This document shows, one piece after another, positions 11,446 through 23,339 of a DNA stretch of 55,187 nucleotides. The notes under the pieces are model-generated. The model did not search any database, was not told the origin of the DNA, and saw only the letters and a program-made list of their open reading frames with translations. The translations under genes and the position numbers were made by a program. Position 1 is the stretch's first letter, and every line of letters begins with the position of its first letter. Where the stretch lies: contig CAUYUJ010000178.1 of the NCBI GenBank assembly GCA_963575745.1, positions 62,001-117,187 on the forward strand. Reading direction: 5' to 3'. Source of the DNA: Prorocentrum cordatum. Its lineage: Eukaryota.

Positions 11446-12541
11446 CCAAGCCATCCGACGTCCCGGTTTTTTCAAGACACGGGCCTTTGACCTCCCGACC
11501 ACTTCCCCGGGACCGGTGCTTCATCCCGAGTCGTGTTTCGACGGTCCCGAGGCCCGGCGAGGGCCCCGGGAGGCCGAAAAGTACGAAACAGATCCGTCCC
11601 GATTTTGTCGAGGCGCCCGAGGTCAGCGGAGGTCTGGGGGGGCGGATGGCTCGTCGAGGCGGCGGCGGCACCCCAGCTGCCGCTTCAGGCTGCCCCTCTG
11701 GGCCTTCCGGGGGAGGCGGCTCGTCGCCGCACGCGGCTGGCTTCGCCCCGGAGAACGAGCTACGGGGCGGACCTGGAAGGACCCAGACATCGGGCGCCTC
11801 GAAAAAATCGAGACGGGATGTTTTTCGTCGTTTTCGGCCTCCGGGGGCGCTCGCCGGGCCTCGGGAGCGCCAAAAAACGACTCGGGATGAAAAACCGGTC
11901 CCGGGGAAGTGGTCGGGAGGTCGGGGGCCCACGCATCGGAAACATTGGGGCGGCCGGATGTCTGGGGAGGGGGGGCTAGTGAAGGGAGGGGGGAAGGCGC
12001 CCCTGCTTCTTGGAAGGCGCGGGCCTTCTATCTGTAGATGTGGGGCCGGCGCCTTCCAAGAAGCAGCCCCCTTTCGAAGAAGTCTCCCCCCCTCCCCCTG
12101 CCCCCTTGGGCGCGCCGCCAACCCAGACATCCGGCCGCTCAAATTTGTTCGATGCGTGGGCCCCAGAGGTCTGAACCAGTTCCTCAGGGCCGGGCTGTTC
12201 GCCCTGAGTCGTTTTTTGGGGGCTCCCGAGGCCCGGCGAAGGCCCCCGGAGGCCGAAATCAGCCCAAGTCCGCCCGCTCCAAGGTCTGGGGAGCGTGGGA
12301 TCCCTGGGAAGCTGTGCGGCCGTGGGCCGTGGCGGGAGAGCCGCCGTTGTCTCGTCGGGCCCTCCTCCGAGTCGCCGCCTTCGACCGAGCAGCGGGCGCT
12401 GGGCCGGGCCCATATCCCGTCGCCCTGGGCAGCGCCCGGCGCGGACGGCTCACCTGGGGCAGTGCTCGTTGGGTGTGGGCTCGGGCCCCGGAGGTCCCAC
12501 GCATTGAAAAAATCAGGACGGAGGTTTTTCGCAGCTTCTGG

Positions 12542-12590
<49 letters not shown>

Positions 12591-12598
12591 GTATATAT

Positions 12599-12629
<31 letters not shown>

Positions 12630-14679
12630 GGGGGGGGGGGGGCCCTCGCCGGGCTCCAGGACCGTCAGAGAACGGCTCGGGATGCAAAGCCGGGCCTGGG
12701 GAATGGGTCGAGACTCCCGGGGACGCCGCACTGAAAGCATCACGACGTCGCATCGCTTCGGCCCCTGGGCTCGAACTCGGGCTGGAGCTCCGGGCGCCAG
12801 AGACGGGGGCACCGCAGACGGGCGCACGGGGAACGCCGATATTCCCACGTTTGGCCACGCCCCCGTTTTTTCGGGGGCCCTTGGGCGCCGCGGACCGGGG
12901 GCACCGGAAAGGGGGGCATACGGAACAGCCTAAGCCCCCGTGTAGCTAAACCCCGTTCCCAGACATGCGACGTCCTGACTTTTGTAAGCCCAGACCCCCT
13001 CGAGCAATGAAAAAATCACGACGGGAGGTTTTTCCTAATTTTTGGCCTCTGGGGGCCCTTACTGGCCCTCGGGACCGTCAAAAAACGACTCAGGACGAAG
13101 AACCGGTCCCGGGGGATGGGTCCAGACCGCGGGGGGTCGACGTCATGAAAAATTCATGACGTCGGGGGTCTGGGTTTCCAGACATGCGACGCCCTGACTT
13201 TTGTAAGGGCGGCGTCCCTGGAAGTCCCGACCCTTCCCCCGGGACCGGTTTTTCGTCCCGAGCCGTTTCCTGACGGCCCCGAGGCCCGGCGAGAGCCCCT
13301 CTAGAGGCCGAGGTTGGCCAAAGTCCTCCCGTCCTGATTTTTGTTACCACGTGATCGTGTCGATCCGACGTCTCGATTTTTTCGAGACGCGGGCCCCCGA
13401 CCTCCCGACCACTTCCCCGGGACCGGTTTTTCATCCCGAGTCGTTTTTTGACGGTCCCGAGGCCCGGCGAGGGCCCCTAGAAGCCGAAAGCGGCGAAAAA
13501 CCTCCGTCTTGATTTTTTCAATTCGTTGGATCCCCAGTCGTGGGGCGAGAGGTTGAAAACGACGAGGAACCTCCGCCTCGATCTGTTCCCAGACGACCGA
13601 GGTCTGGGTCTGCGAGGCCCGGTCGCGCCCGTGGGCTCGGGCACTGCGCTCGGGGCCCCCACGACTGGGGATCCAACGCATTGAAAAAATCAAGACGGCG
13701 GTTTTTCGCCGCTTTCGGCTTCTATAGGGGCCCTCGCCGGGCCTCGGGACCGTCAAAAAGCGACTCGGGAGGAAACACCGGTCCTGGGGAACGGGTCGAC
13801 ACTGCCGGAGACCCCGCATTGAAGACATCACGACATCGGATCTCTGAGCCTGCGCGCTCGAGCCCACTGCGCTCCCAGACCTCCGACGTCGTGATTTTTT
13901 CATGACGTCGACCCCCAGAGGTCTGGACCCTTTCCCCGGGACCGGTTTTTCATCCTGAGTCGTTTTTTGACGCTCCCGCGGCCCGGTGAGGACCTCCGGA
14001 GGGCGAAAATAGCGAAAAACCTTCCGTCGTGATTTTTTCACGACTCGAGGGGGTCTGGGCTCGGGCCTGCGCTCGGGCGGCGCGTCTCGGGCCCGCTGCC
14101 GCCGGGCCTCCACGGGCCCAGCTGAGCTCCGCGCCGGCCGGGGCCGCCTGCCGCCCTCGGTCGCGCTCTCTCGGCGCCACTGCCCTCTCCTGGTCGGCTT
14201 GCGTCGGGTTTCGGGCCCCATGGGCCTCGAGAGAGATCCAACGCACTCCAAAAGATCCAGGAAAAAATCCAGATGGAGGTTTCTCGCAGCTTGTGGCCTC
14301 TATATGGGGCCCTCGCCGGGCCCCGGGACCGTCAAGAAAGGACTCGGGAGGAAGAGCCGGTCCTGGGAATGGGTCGAGATTGCCGGAGACCCCGCACTGA
14401 AAAAATCAGATCTCTGGGGGGTTCGGGTTTTCGTCGGGTTTCGGGGTTCGTCGGGTTTTCGTCGGGTTTCGGGCCCACGTTTGGATCGATCTGCAGGTCG
14501 GTCCGGCTCGAGAAGCGACCCCTACGATAGGGGGTCCAGGGCTCCAGAGGTGACTCTTCGCGATGTCTCCACGGTGTCGCGCCATCGGACCTCAGAGGAG
14601 GAGCGAAGGAGCTGCCGCAGCTCCCGCCCGTGCACCCAGACATCCGACGTCTCGAATTTCTCAGCACGAGGGCTCCCGA

Positions 14680-15670
14680 CCGCTTCCCCGGGACCAGTTT
14701 TTCGCCCTGCAGTCGTTTTTCGAGGGTCCCGAGGCCCGGCGAGGGCCCCGCGAGGCCGAAGACGAGGAAAAATGAAGCGCCGCCCCGAGCGTTTCGAGAC
14801 GCCCGATGCCTGAAGAGGGCCCGACAGGAGAGGCGTCGGGAGGGGCGGCGGCGGCGGGAGCGGAGCGGCGTCGGCGACGTCGGCGGCTGCGGCGTCGGGG
14901 GAGCCCCGAGATCCGACGGCGCGAGCAAAGGGAGACATCGCGAGAGGCCACCTCCGCAGCCCTAGAGACCCCCCCCCTCAGAGATCGGACGTCGTGATTC
15001 TTTGCAATCCCAGAGGTCCAACCTATTGAACAAATCGAGAAGGAGGCTTTTCAGAATTTTTGGCCTCTTTAGGGGCCCTCGCCGGGCCCCGGGACCGTCA
15101 AAAAACGACTCAGGATGACAAACCGGTCCTGGGGAATGGGTCGAGACTGCCGGAGACCCCGCATTGACAAAGTCACGCCCATTCCCCAGGACCGGTTTGT
15201 CATCCTGAGTCGTTTTTTGACGGTCCCGGGGCCCGGCGAGGGCCCCTAAAGAGGCCAAAAATTCTGAAAAGCCTCCTTCTCGATTTGTTCAATAGGTTGG
15301 ACCTCTGGGATTGCAAAGAATCACGCCTTCACGATTTGTTCAATAGGTTGGACCTCTGGGATTGCAAAGAATCACGACGTCCGATCTCTGAGGGGGGGGG
15401 TCTCTAGGGCTGCGGAGGTGGCCTCTCGCGATGTCTCCCTTTGCTCGCGCCGTCGGATCTCGGGGCTCCCCCGACGCCGCAGCCGCCGACGTCGCCGACG
15501 CCGCTCCGCTCCCGCCGCCGCCGCCCCTCCCGACGCCTCTCCTGTCGGGCCCTCTTCAGACATCGCGATCGTCTCGAAACACTCGGGGCGGCGCTTTATT
15601 TTTCATCGTCTTCGGCCTCGCGGGGGCCTCGCCGGGCCTCGGGACCCTCGGGGAAGTGGTCGGGAGGTCG
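14680..15670. repeat. ~1 kb inverted duplication (palindrome) with a short spacer at ~15141-15177
   Basis: 14811-15140 is the near-exact reverse complement of 15178-15558. The right arm has an extra ~45-bp tandem duplication. ORFs 14806-14997(+) and 15372-15563(-) translate almost identically. Confidence 0.92.
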
Positions 15671-16116
15671 GGAGGCCCTCCTCCTGAAAAAAGTGCGGAA
15701 CAAATCCGCGCTGATTTTTCCTGCAATTATTACGTTATATCTCTGGGGCCGTGCTGCTTCACTTCTCGAGGCGGGTCGGCCTGTGAGGGCCCCGGGGCCC
15801 GCAGCCCGACGAGGCCGCCCAGCTCGGAGAAGTGGGGGCGCCAGGATCTCGCAGCCCAGACATCGGGCGTCTCGAACAAAATCGAGACGAGGGTTTTTCG
15901 TCGGTTTCGGCCTCTCGGGGCCCTCGCCGGGCCCAGGGACCGTCAAAAAGCGACGCGGGATGAAAAACCGGTCCCGGGGAAGTGATCGGGAGGTCGGGGG
16001 CCCACGTCTCGAAAAAATCGAGACGTCGGATGTCTGGGAGGGGAGGCCGCCGGGAGCGCAGACGTTACCCCCGCGACGTCGTTGTTGGGGCGAAGCGTCT
16101 CGGCGCGCCTATAGAC

Positions 16117-16271
16117 TTAAGTCGGGCCTGTCCCTCTACAGGGGGGATATTCAAAAATAGTCAAAAAATAGTCCGGGGACGATTTTCTGACTTTTTTTGA
16201 GCATTTGGGGGTATTTTGTAAGTCATTTCTTTCGCCAAAAATCCCCTTGTAGGGGGACACGCCCGACTTAA
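16117..16271. mobile_element. MITE family A, intact, 8-bp TSD
   Basis: ttaagtcgggcctgtccctctacagggg...ccccttgtagggggacacgcccgacttaa with a perfect TSD ctatagac (16109-16116 and 16272-16279). Confidence 0.92.
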
Positions 16272-16997
16272 CTATAGACCGACAAAACAATGCTCTAAGG
16301 ACCTTCTGCGGTCTGCACGGAATGTTCTCAGAACATTTCTTGTTGAGACTGTTTTGTTGGAACACATCGGGCGTGTATGTTCTAAGAGCATTGTTGTTGT
16401 TCTTAGAACATTCTCGGATTCTAGAACACGTCGTGCTAGGCCTATAGGATTGCCGTGACGGTCGGTCCCTGCTCACTACATAGCGTCGACGCCCGGAGGT
16501 TCGGGCCCAGACACGATCGCGTCGTGAAAAAATCATGGCGCGAGGTCTTGGGCCATGCTCGGCCTCGGGGGGCCCTCGCCGGGCCTCGAGACCGTCGAAA
16601 AACAGCTCAGGACGAAAAACTGGTCCCGGGGAAAGGGTCGGGACTGCCAGGGACGCCGTCCCGGAGAAAATCGGGACGCCGCCTGTCTGGGGACCTTGCC
16701 CCCAGGCCAAGTCCTTTTCGTTGACGGCCCCGAAGGCCCGGCGAGGGCACCCGGAGGCAGAAAACAGCGCAAAAGCCTCCCGTCGTGATTGTGCTCCTAG
16801 ACATGCGACGTCCTGAGTTTTTCGGGGCGGCGTCCCTGGAAGTCCCGACCCTGTCCCCGGGCCCTGCGTCTCATCCCGAGTCGTTTGTGTTACGGTCCCG
16901 AGGCCCGGCGAGGGCCCCTGGAGGCCGAAAATCGTGAAAAAACCTCCCGTCGTCATTTTGTTCATGATCAAAGGGGGTCTGGGAGGAAGGCCGTCGG

Positions 16998-17232
16998 TCT
17001 ATGCCTCCTATATGGGGTCGGGGCAGATGGGGTCGGAGGATCGCCAGTGCATCGCCGATGCATCGCCGATGCGGCTCGATGTGGAGCCCGATTTGCTTCA
17101 CGTCGACGTCGCCGATGCATCGCCGACGTCGACGATGCATCGTCGGTGCATCGCGGATGCATCGCCGATGTATCGGCGGTGCGGCGCGATTCTCCGACCC
17201 CATCTACTCCGACCCCATCTAGGAGGCCTCTG
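16998..17232. mobile_element. MITE family F (~40-bp TIR, internal catcgccgatg palindromic repeats), 5-bp TSD
   Basis: gcctcctatatggggtcgg...ccgaccccatctaggaggc with TSD gtcgg. An empty version of the same site lies at ~17452-17490, and a second copy at ~26575-26745. Confidence 0.8.
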
Positions 17233-17861
17233 GTCGGGGGAGCTGTCGGGGGAGCCCTGGAAATCCCTACCCTTGCCCCAGGACCGGTTTTTGATCCTGA
17301 GTCGTTTTTCGACGGTCCCGAGGTCTGGCGAGGGCCCCCCGAGGCCGAAAACGGCCAAAACACCTCCCGTCGTGCTTTGTTCATGACTCGAGGGGAGAGC
17401 ATACTGATTTTTAAAAAACGACGCGATCATGTCTGGGTTCATGACTCGAGGGGGTCTGGGAGGAAGGCCGTCGGGGGAGCCGTCGGGGGGGGGGCCGGCG
17501 GGCGGGGATGGGGCGGTCCATAGGCGGCCAGGGCACGGCGTCGCAGCCGCACGGCCCAGCTCCAGCAGCCTGCAGCTGGCGAGCGCAGCCGCACGGCCAC
17601 GTGGGCAACGACGACGACGACGACGAGAAAAGAGGAGGAGGAGGAGGAGGAGGAGGAGGAGGAGACGGAGGAGGAGGAGGAGGAGGTAGGAGGAGGAGGA
17701 GGAGGAGGGAGGGAGAGGAGGGAGGGAGGGAGGCGAGGAGGAGGAGGGAGGAGGAGGAGGAGGAGGAGGAGGAGGAGGAGGAGGAGGAGGGGGGGGAGGA
17801 GGGGGTGCTGTGAGGATCGCTGCGACAGGAGGAGAAACGCCTGGCTGCGAGCCAGCCCCAG

Positions 17862-17965
17862 GACACCTGCGTGGTCCTGAAGCTGAGCCGCCGGCAGCTC
17901 GAGCGCGCGCTGCAGGACTTCCCCGCCGTGCTGGAGATGTTCAACGGGATCCGCGGAGTCAGGAG
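17862..17965 (+). CDS. Exon of a cyclic-nucleotide-binding-domain (CNBD) protein: end of a CNBD
   Basis: Translates DTCVVLKLSRRQLERALQDFPAVLEMFNGIRGVR, which fits beta8 and the B/C helices of a CNBD. cag|G acceptor, ag|gc donor, GC3-rich codons. Confidence 0.7.
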
Positions 17966-18837
17966 GCCGCAGCTCCTCGGGCCACGCTCCCGTGCACATC
18001 CCCCCCCCATCCCCCTCTCCTCCATCCCCATCCCGGCGCCCCCCTCCCCCTCCTCTCTCCTCCTCCTCCTTCTTCCTCCTCCTCCTGCTCCTCCTCCTCC
18101 TCCTTCTGCTCCTGCTCCTGCTCCTCCTCCTCCTCCTGCTCCTCCTCCTCCTCCTCCTGCTCCTCCTCCTCCTCCGCCTCCTCCTCCTCCTGCTCCTCCT
18201 CCTCATCCTCCTCCGCCTTCTCCTCCTCAAGCTCAGCCCACCCTGCCAAATCGATCAGCGAAGCACCTATACCGATCAGAAATCTGAAGAAAGAGCAGCA
18301 ACTTCCATGGATTCCAGATTTCGTGCAAAAAACGGGAATCTGGACTGGACCCTCAACTTGTCTCGGATCTCCGCTGTGCTCGTGGAACTTACGTACATCT
18401 AGACTTGACTGATGTTCAAGACGCTTGGAGTGAAGTCCATTTTCTTAGCGTACATACAGTCAACGCGCCTAGTAAGGACGCGCGCCTTCATCTAGGGTAT
18501 CCTTGTGTCCTTGCCTCTGTGGCCCGTCCTTTGCCATTATCACTGGTCGCCCGCCGCCCAAAAAATCCCAAGTTCGGCCTCCAAGGGTCTTGCGTCCTTA
18601 CCACCCGTCCTTACTATACGTTTTGATTGTAATTGCCTTAACTCTCAGCTGGGGTATATGTGTTTCTGTTCCCTGGGGGCCGTCGCCGCCGCAACTTCTG
18701 CCAGCCTGCGCCCGCGCCGGGGATCCGGCCCGGGGGTTGCCCCCTGCCCGATCTCACCACTGCTCTTCACTCACGAGCACCCCCCTCCCACGCTCGGAGG
18801 GGCCGCCGGCGAGGGCCTTTCATCGCGTCCCTTCGCG

Positions 18838-18970
18838 CACACACACACACACACACACACTTTTTGGCTTCGCAGCGCCGCGCGCAGCGACAGGGCGTCC
18901 AAAGGTCAAGGAAGAGGGCGCGCGCGCGCGTCGAAAGGCCGAGCCCTCAAGCCGCTCAGAACGAGCAGCG

Positions 18971-19055
<85 letters not shown>

Positions 19056-19073
19056 CGGACACACGCACGCACG

Positions 19074-19129
<56 letters not shown>

Positions 19130-19560
19130 CAGACATACACGCACGCACTCTGGGCGTCGCGGACGGACCGGGCCTGGCCACACGTCGCTCGGACGCCCCG
19201 CGGGCGCGCGCGCGCGCCGGCCAAGAAGGATGAGAGTCCGCCGGGCCCTCACGGGGCATTGGCGGGGCAAGCGGAGCAACACACTCACACACACACACAC
19301 ACACACACACTTTTATCGTCGGCGGTTGGGCAGAGGTTGCTGCTCCGGCGATCGGGCATCAGTGGGGCGCCCGCAGAGCACGCGAGGAGAGGAGGAGACC
19401 CCGGCGCGACGGGAAGAGAGGAGGCCGGGCCTGCTGAGGCAAGTCCCGGCTGCGGCGGGGCGGACGCCGGGGGGGGGGAGCCAGCCGCGGCGCCGGGCAG
19501 CAGCTGGGGGGGAACACACACACACACACACAGACACACACACACACACACACACACACG
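18838..19560. repeat. (CA)n and (CACG)n microsatellites
   Basis: Read directly; several separate tracts. Confidence 0.95.
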
Positions 19561-20035
19561 CCGTCTGTGGCAGAAACAGCTCGAAGCTCATGTTGCGGTG
19601 GGCGCTAATCATACTACGCAGACCCATCACAATGTTGCATTGGCTTTTGTTCCGCAGTCCGCCATCCTATCATCTTCGTGCAAGACGATGTAACCTGATT
19701 CCGTCGCACACCATGCTGGCCGCCGCACTGCTGCTTCGCATCGACTTGTGTCATGGATCGTGAGGTCGTTGACGTGCTGCCCGAGATGTGCTGCCATGTG
19801 CACTGGCGCACGCGACGCAACCTGCGCGTGTCGCGCACAGGACGCACCCAGGGCACGTGGCTCATCTGGCGTGTCAGGCGCGCCCAGCACGCTCGGGCAC
19901 TTGGTGCAGCTCGCGAGCACGACGCACCTGGCGCCTGTCCTGCTTCCGGATGGCCGCCCATCGGATGGCGACCATTGCCTGTGTGGAAACTCTCGGGTGG
20001 GAGGAGGGGGGTGGGCACGCGCGAGACAGCTTGCC

Positions 20036-20106
20036 CCTCCTCCTCCTCCTCTTCCTCATCCTCATCCTCCTCCTCCTCCTCTTCCTCATCCTCATCCTCA
20101 TCCTCC

Positions 20107-20143
<37 letters not shown>

Positions 20144-20240
20144 CATCATCATCATCATCGTCATCGTCATCATCATCATCATCATCATCATCAACATCAA
20201 CATCATCATCATCATCAGCAGCAGCAGCATCATCATCCAT
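20036..20240. repeat. (CCT)n-(CAT)n compound microsatellite
   Basis: Read directly. Confidence 0.95.
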
Positions 20241-21700
20241 CTCTCGATCTCCTCTTGCCACTTCCACTCACTTCCCTCCTCTGCTCTTCCTCTCCTTCCT
20301 TCCTCTTCCCTCGCCCTGTCCGCGGGGGGTGGCACTGGCGGCCCTTCCGAGCCGCTCAACAGAGAAGGAGGAGGCCCTCCTGCTCCGCCTCCCCCTCCTC
20401 CTCAGGAGGAGGAGGAGGAAGAGGAGGAGGAGAACAGAGCTCAGGACTCCATCGCCAGTGTATTGTCACTATCTAGACCTTGGAAGCAGTGGTATACGCC
20501 AGTAGTGATGTCCGCTGGCATGAGCCTCGCACTGAAGCGCTCGACATCCCCAACCGCTGCAAGCGTCAACACGGCATCTCCAGAGCCACGTTGCGTGAAG
20601 AGTTGCCTTGGTCCTGGGGAGAGGGGGTTAAGGCAGACTGGCATGCTCTGGATCAGTGTCCCGCTCACTATCCCTACCATTCGGCCTGATGCAAACGCAT
20701 GTGGTGCTCATGAGACCAGAAAGGTCGCATAGCTGCACCACAAGATCGGATGCCATCCCAATGGAGGATCAAAAAGGCGCCTTCCGCCTCCATCCCTCGT
20801 CACGGGAGGGGAGGGGAGGATATCCGAGGGATCCCACATCCGGAGGAAAAAACTTTTGCTGTGGCGCTGGTCGCCTGGAGGTCCCTGTTGATTTTCCGGG
20901 GGGCCCTGGAGACCGAGACAGGCGCAGGTGCGTGGGGAATTGCCCGAAACCTTCCAAATTAGGAGGAGGAGGAGGAGGAGGAGGAGAAAGAGGAGGAGGA
21001 GGAGGAGGAGGAGGAGGAGGAGGAGGAGGGGGAGGGGGAGGGGGAGGGAGATCCGAGGGATCCCACATCAGGAGGAACACCTTCTGCTGCTGCGCCAGTC
21101 ACTTGGAGGTCTCGGTTGATCTTCCGAGGGCCCTTTTGGAGACCGAGACAGGCCCAGATGCGTTGGGAATTGCCCGAAACCTCCCACAAGGGGAAACACA
21201 CACAGCCCCCCAAAATTGATGTGTTTTATTACGCCGATTCGCTTCATTTACGAAGCTTTCTGCAGACCTCCGACATCTGGACTTTATCATTACGGAGTCC
21301 CCAGAGCTCTGGGCCACTTCCTCGGGACGGGTTTTTCGTACCAGGCCGTTTTTTTAGTGTCGCCTGGCCCGGCGAGGGCCCCCAGAGGCCGACAACAACG
21401 AGAAGCCGTCGCTCTGTTCTTGCTCAACACGTTGGAGGTCCGGGCACGTGACCAAACAAAGTAACAACAATAACCCGAATAACAGCAACAACAATTCGAC
21501 TAGGGGATCGACTATAGAATTGATGTACCCCCAAATCGATGTTCTCGTCGAATCTTCGGAAAACCCGTGGAGCGATCCACGAGCATCCTACGAGTTGCTC
21601 GCCCCCTCGACGGAAAAAAATCGAATCCGGGGGGAAGCCCATTCCGCCGTGGATCCCCCACGCTCGGAAAGCAACCAGCGAGGGTCGCCAGGGCCGAGCT

Positions 21701-22068
21701 TCAGGAGGGAAAGAAACACACAGACACAATCAATCGTCGATTCCCAGAAAATATGGGAAAATATGGAAAGTAGGGGGGAAGACGAAAACCCAGGTAAGTG
21801 GGAAAGTGGAGGAAAATGTTGGAAGATATGGGAAGCGGGGGGAAATATCGGAAGTGGGGAAAATATGGGAAGCGGGGAATCGGTTTATTTGTGTGTGTGT
21901 GTGTTTATTTGTGTGTCCCAGGGCTCCTCCTCCTCCTCCTCCTCCTCCTCCTCCTGTTCCTTTTCCTCCTCCTCCTCCTCCTCCTCCTCCTCCTCCTCCT
22001 CCTTTTCCTCCTCCTCCTCCTCCTCCTCCTCCTCCTCCTCCTCCTCCTCCTCCTCCTCCTCCCCTTCA
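21701..22068 (+). mobile_element. MITE family E (tcaggaggg...ccccttca), 5-bp TSD, with a (CCT)n tract inside its right end
   Basis: Perfect TSD gagct (21696-21700 and 22069-22073). Homologous to 31136-31290, 35581-35744 and 51254-51419. Confidence 0.8.
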
Positions 22069-22088
22069 GAGCTCGGCGCCGCCAGGAG

Positions 22089-22124
22089 GGGCTACAGCCT
22101 CGCGGACGTGATGCGCGGCACGCG
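22089..22124 (+). CDS. Probable linker micro-exon of the CNBD gene (GYSLADVMRGTR)
   Basis: Joins in frame to the 17862-17965 exon, and caggagg occurs at both intron boundaries. cg|gt donor. The 3' end is uncertain. Confidence 0.5.
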
Positions 22125-22602
22125 GTCCAAGGCCGGGAAGGCGCTGGCGGCGGGCGGGAGCCCCAAGTCCCCGGCCGAGGCCCGCAGCCGGAGGAGCGCG
22201 CGGCCCGGCCCGGCCGCCCAGCCCTCCAGAGGAGGAGGAGGGAGGAGGAGGGAGGAGGGAGGAGGAGGCGGAGGAGGAGGAGGAGGAGGCGGAGGAGGAG
22301 GAGGATCGAGGAGGAGGAGGAGGAGGGAGGAGGAGGAGGAGGACGAGGACCCCTTCCCCCCTCCAACTGATGGCGGAGAGCACGCCCGCCAGGACGGGTG
22401 GAAGGCTCGCCCGGCTCGCCCGACGGACGCCTGCCTGAAGGGTGTCGCCCAGCGCCCGCCCGTGGGCGCCTCGCTGGCGCGGCTCCGCGCGCCGGCTGTG
22501 GCTGTCCGGGGGGCGTCGGCCCGTCCCCGCCCGCGGCCGCCTCTCGCGGGCACCCCGCGCGCGCGGGCGCCTGCGCTTGTCCCAGTGCACGGTCGGAGGG
22601 TA

Positions 22603-22766
22603 CACCCTGCGAAATGCTTAAGAAATCATGGGTTAAGAAATTCATAGTCTCAGAATTTGAATAAAAACCCAACATTTCCATTAAAAACTTAAGATTTACA
22701 TTGAAACGTTAAGAATAATCGAGACTCTGGCCGAAAACTTAATTTTCTTAAGCATCGCCTAAGGTG
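22603..22766. mobile_element. MITE family B, TA TSD
   Basis: TA-caccctgcgaaatgcttaagaaa...tttcttaagcatcgcctaaggtg-TA. Confidence 0.88.
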
Positions 22767-22815
22767 TACCACCCAGGGCGTTCCCAAAAAGGCGTTACCC
22801 TCAAGGATAGAAGGA

Positions 22816-23008
22816 CCCAGACCCCCTCGAGTCAGGAAAAGATCACGCCGGGAGGTTTTTCGCTATGTTCGGCTTCGGGGGGCCCTTCACGGGCTTCGGG
22901 GCCGTCAGAAAAGGACCCAGGATGAAAAGCTGGCCCCGGGGAAGGGGCCCAGACTTCTGGGGGTCGACGTCATGATAACACCAAAAAACATGACGTCGGG
23001 GGTCTGGG
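22816..23008. mobile_element. MITE family C, 2-bp TSD ga
   Basis: ga-cccagac...gtctggg-ga. Confidence 0.85.
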
Positions 23009-23339
23009 GAGTTGTCATCTCTTCCGCCGCGGAAGGCGGCGGAAGGTCGGCGGAAGTAAAGCGAGGCCGCCTCCGCCTGCGGAAGCTGGGGGAGGCTCGG
23101 CGGAAGGGGGCGAAAATCAAAAATGCGCCCCCAAGAGATGAAAACGATTTTGGGTTCAGGATTTCCGAAATCTGCCACGTAGGTTGCACCATATATTCTC
23201 TTATACTAAAAAAGAACAGATTCTACATCCCCCCGGGAGTATCGGTACCACTTCGTATTGCAATGCGCACACGATTATGCCCCATCGTCCATCCCAAATA
23301 TGAATTCGTACCATCCAGGCAGGCTGGGATCGATCCCCC

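Larger units (their letters stand above)
11125..17460. mobile_element. Dense cluster of tandem and nested MITE family C copies
   Basis: Many copies of the cccagac...gtctggg element in both orientations, for example 11783-11966, 12122-12290, 12989-13174, 13874-14059 (TSD ct), 15855-16038 (TSD ag) and 16506-16691. Confidence 0.85.

Noticed and set aside
11306..16971. Many overlapping 100-470 aa ORFs with recurring GALAGPRDRQK / TVPRPGEGP peptides
   Set aside because: These are translations of the non-coding MITE C core, with no transposase motifs.
21696..22073. MITE E acting as an introner
   Set aside because: No register of the 5-bp TSD gives a valid donor and acceptor pair on either strand.
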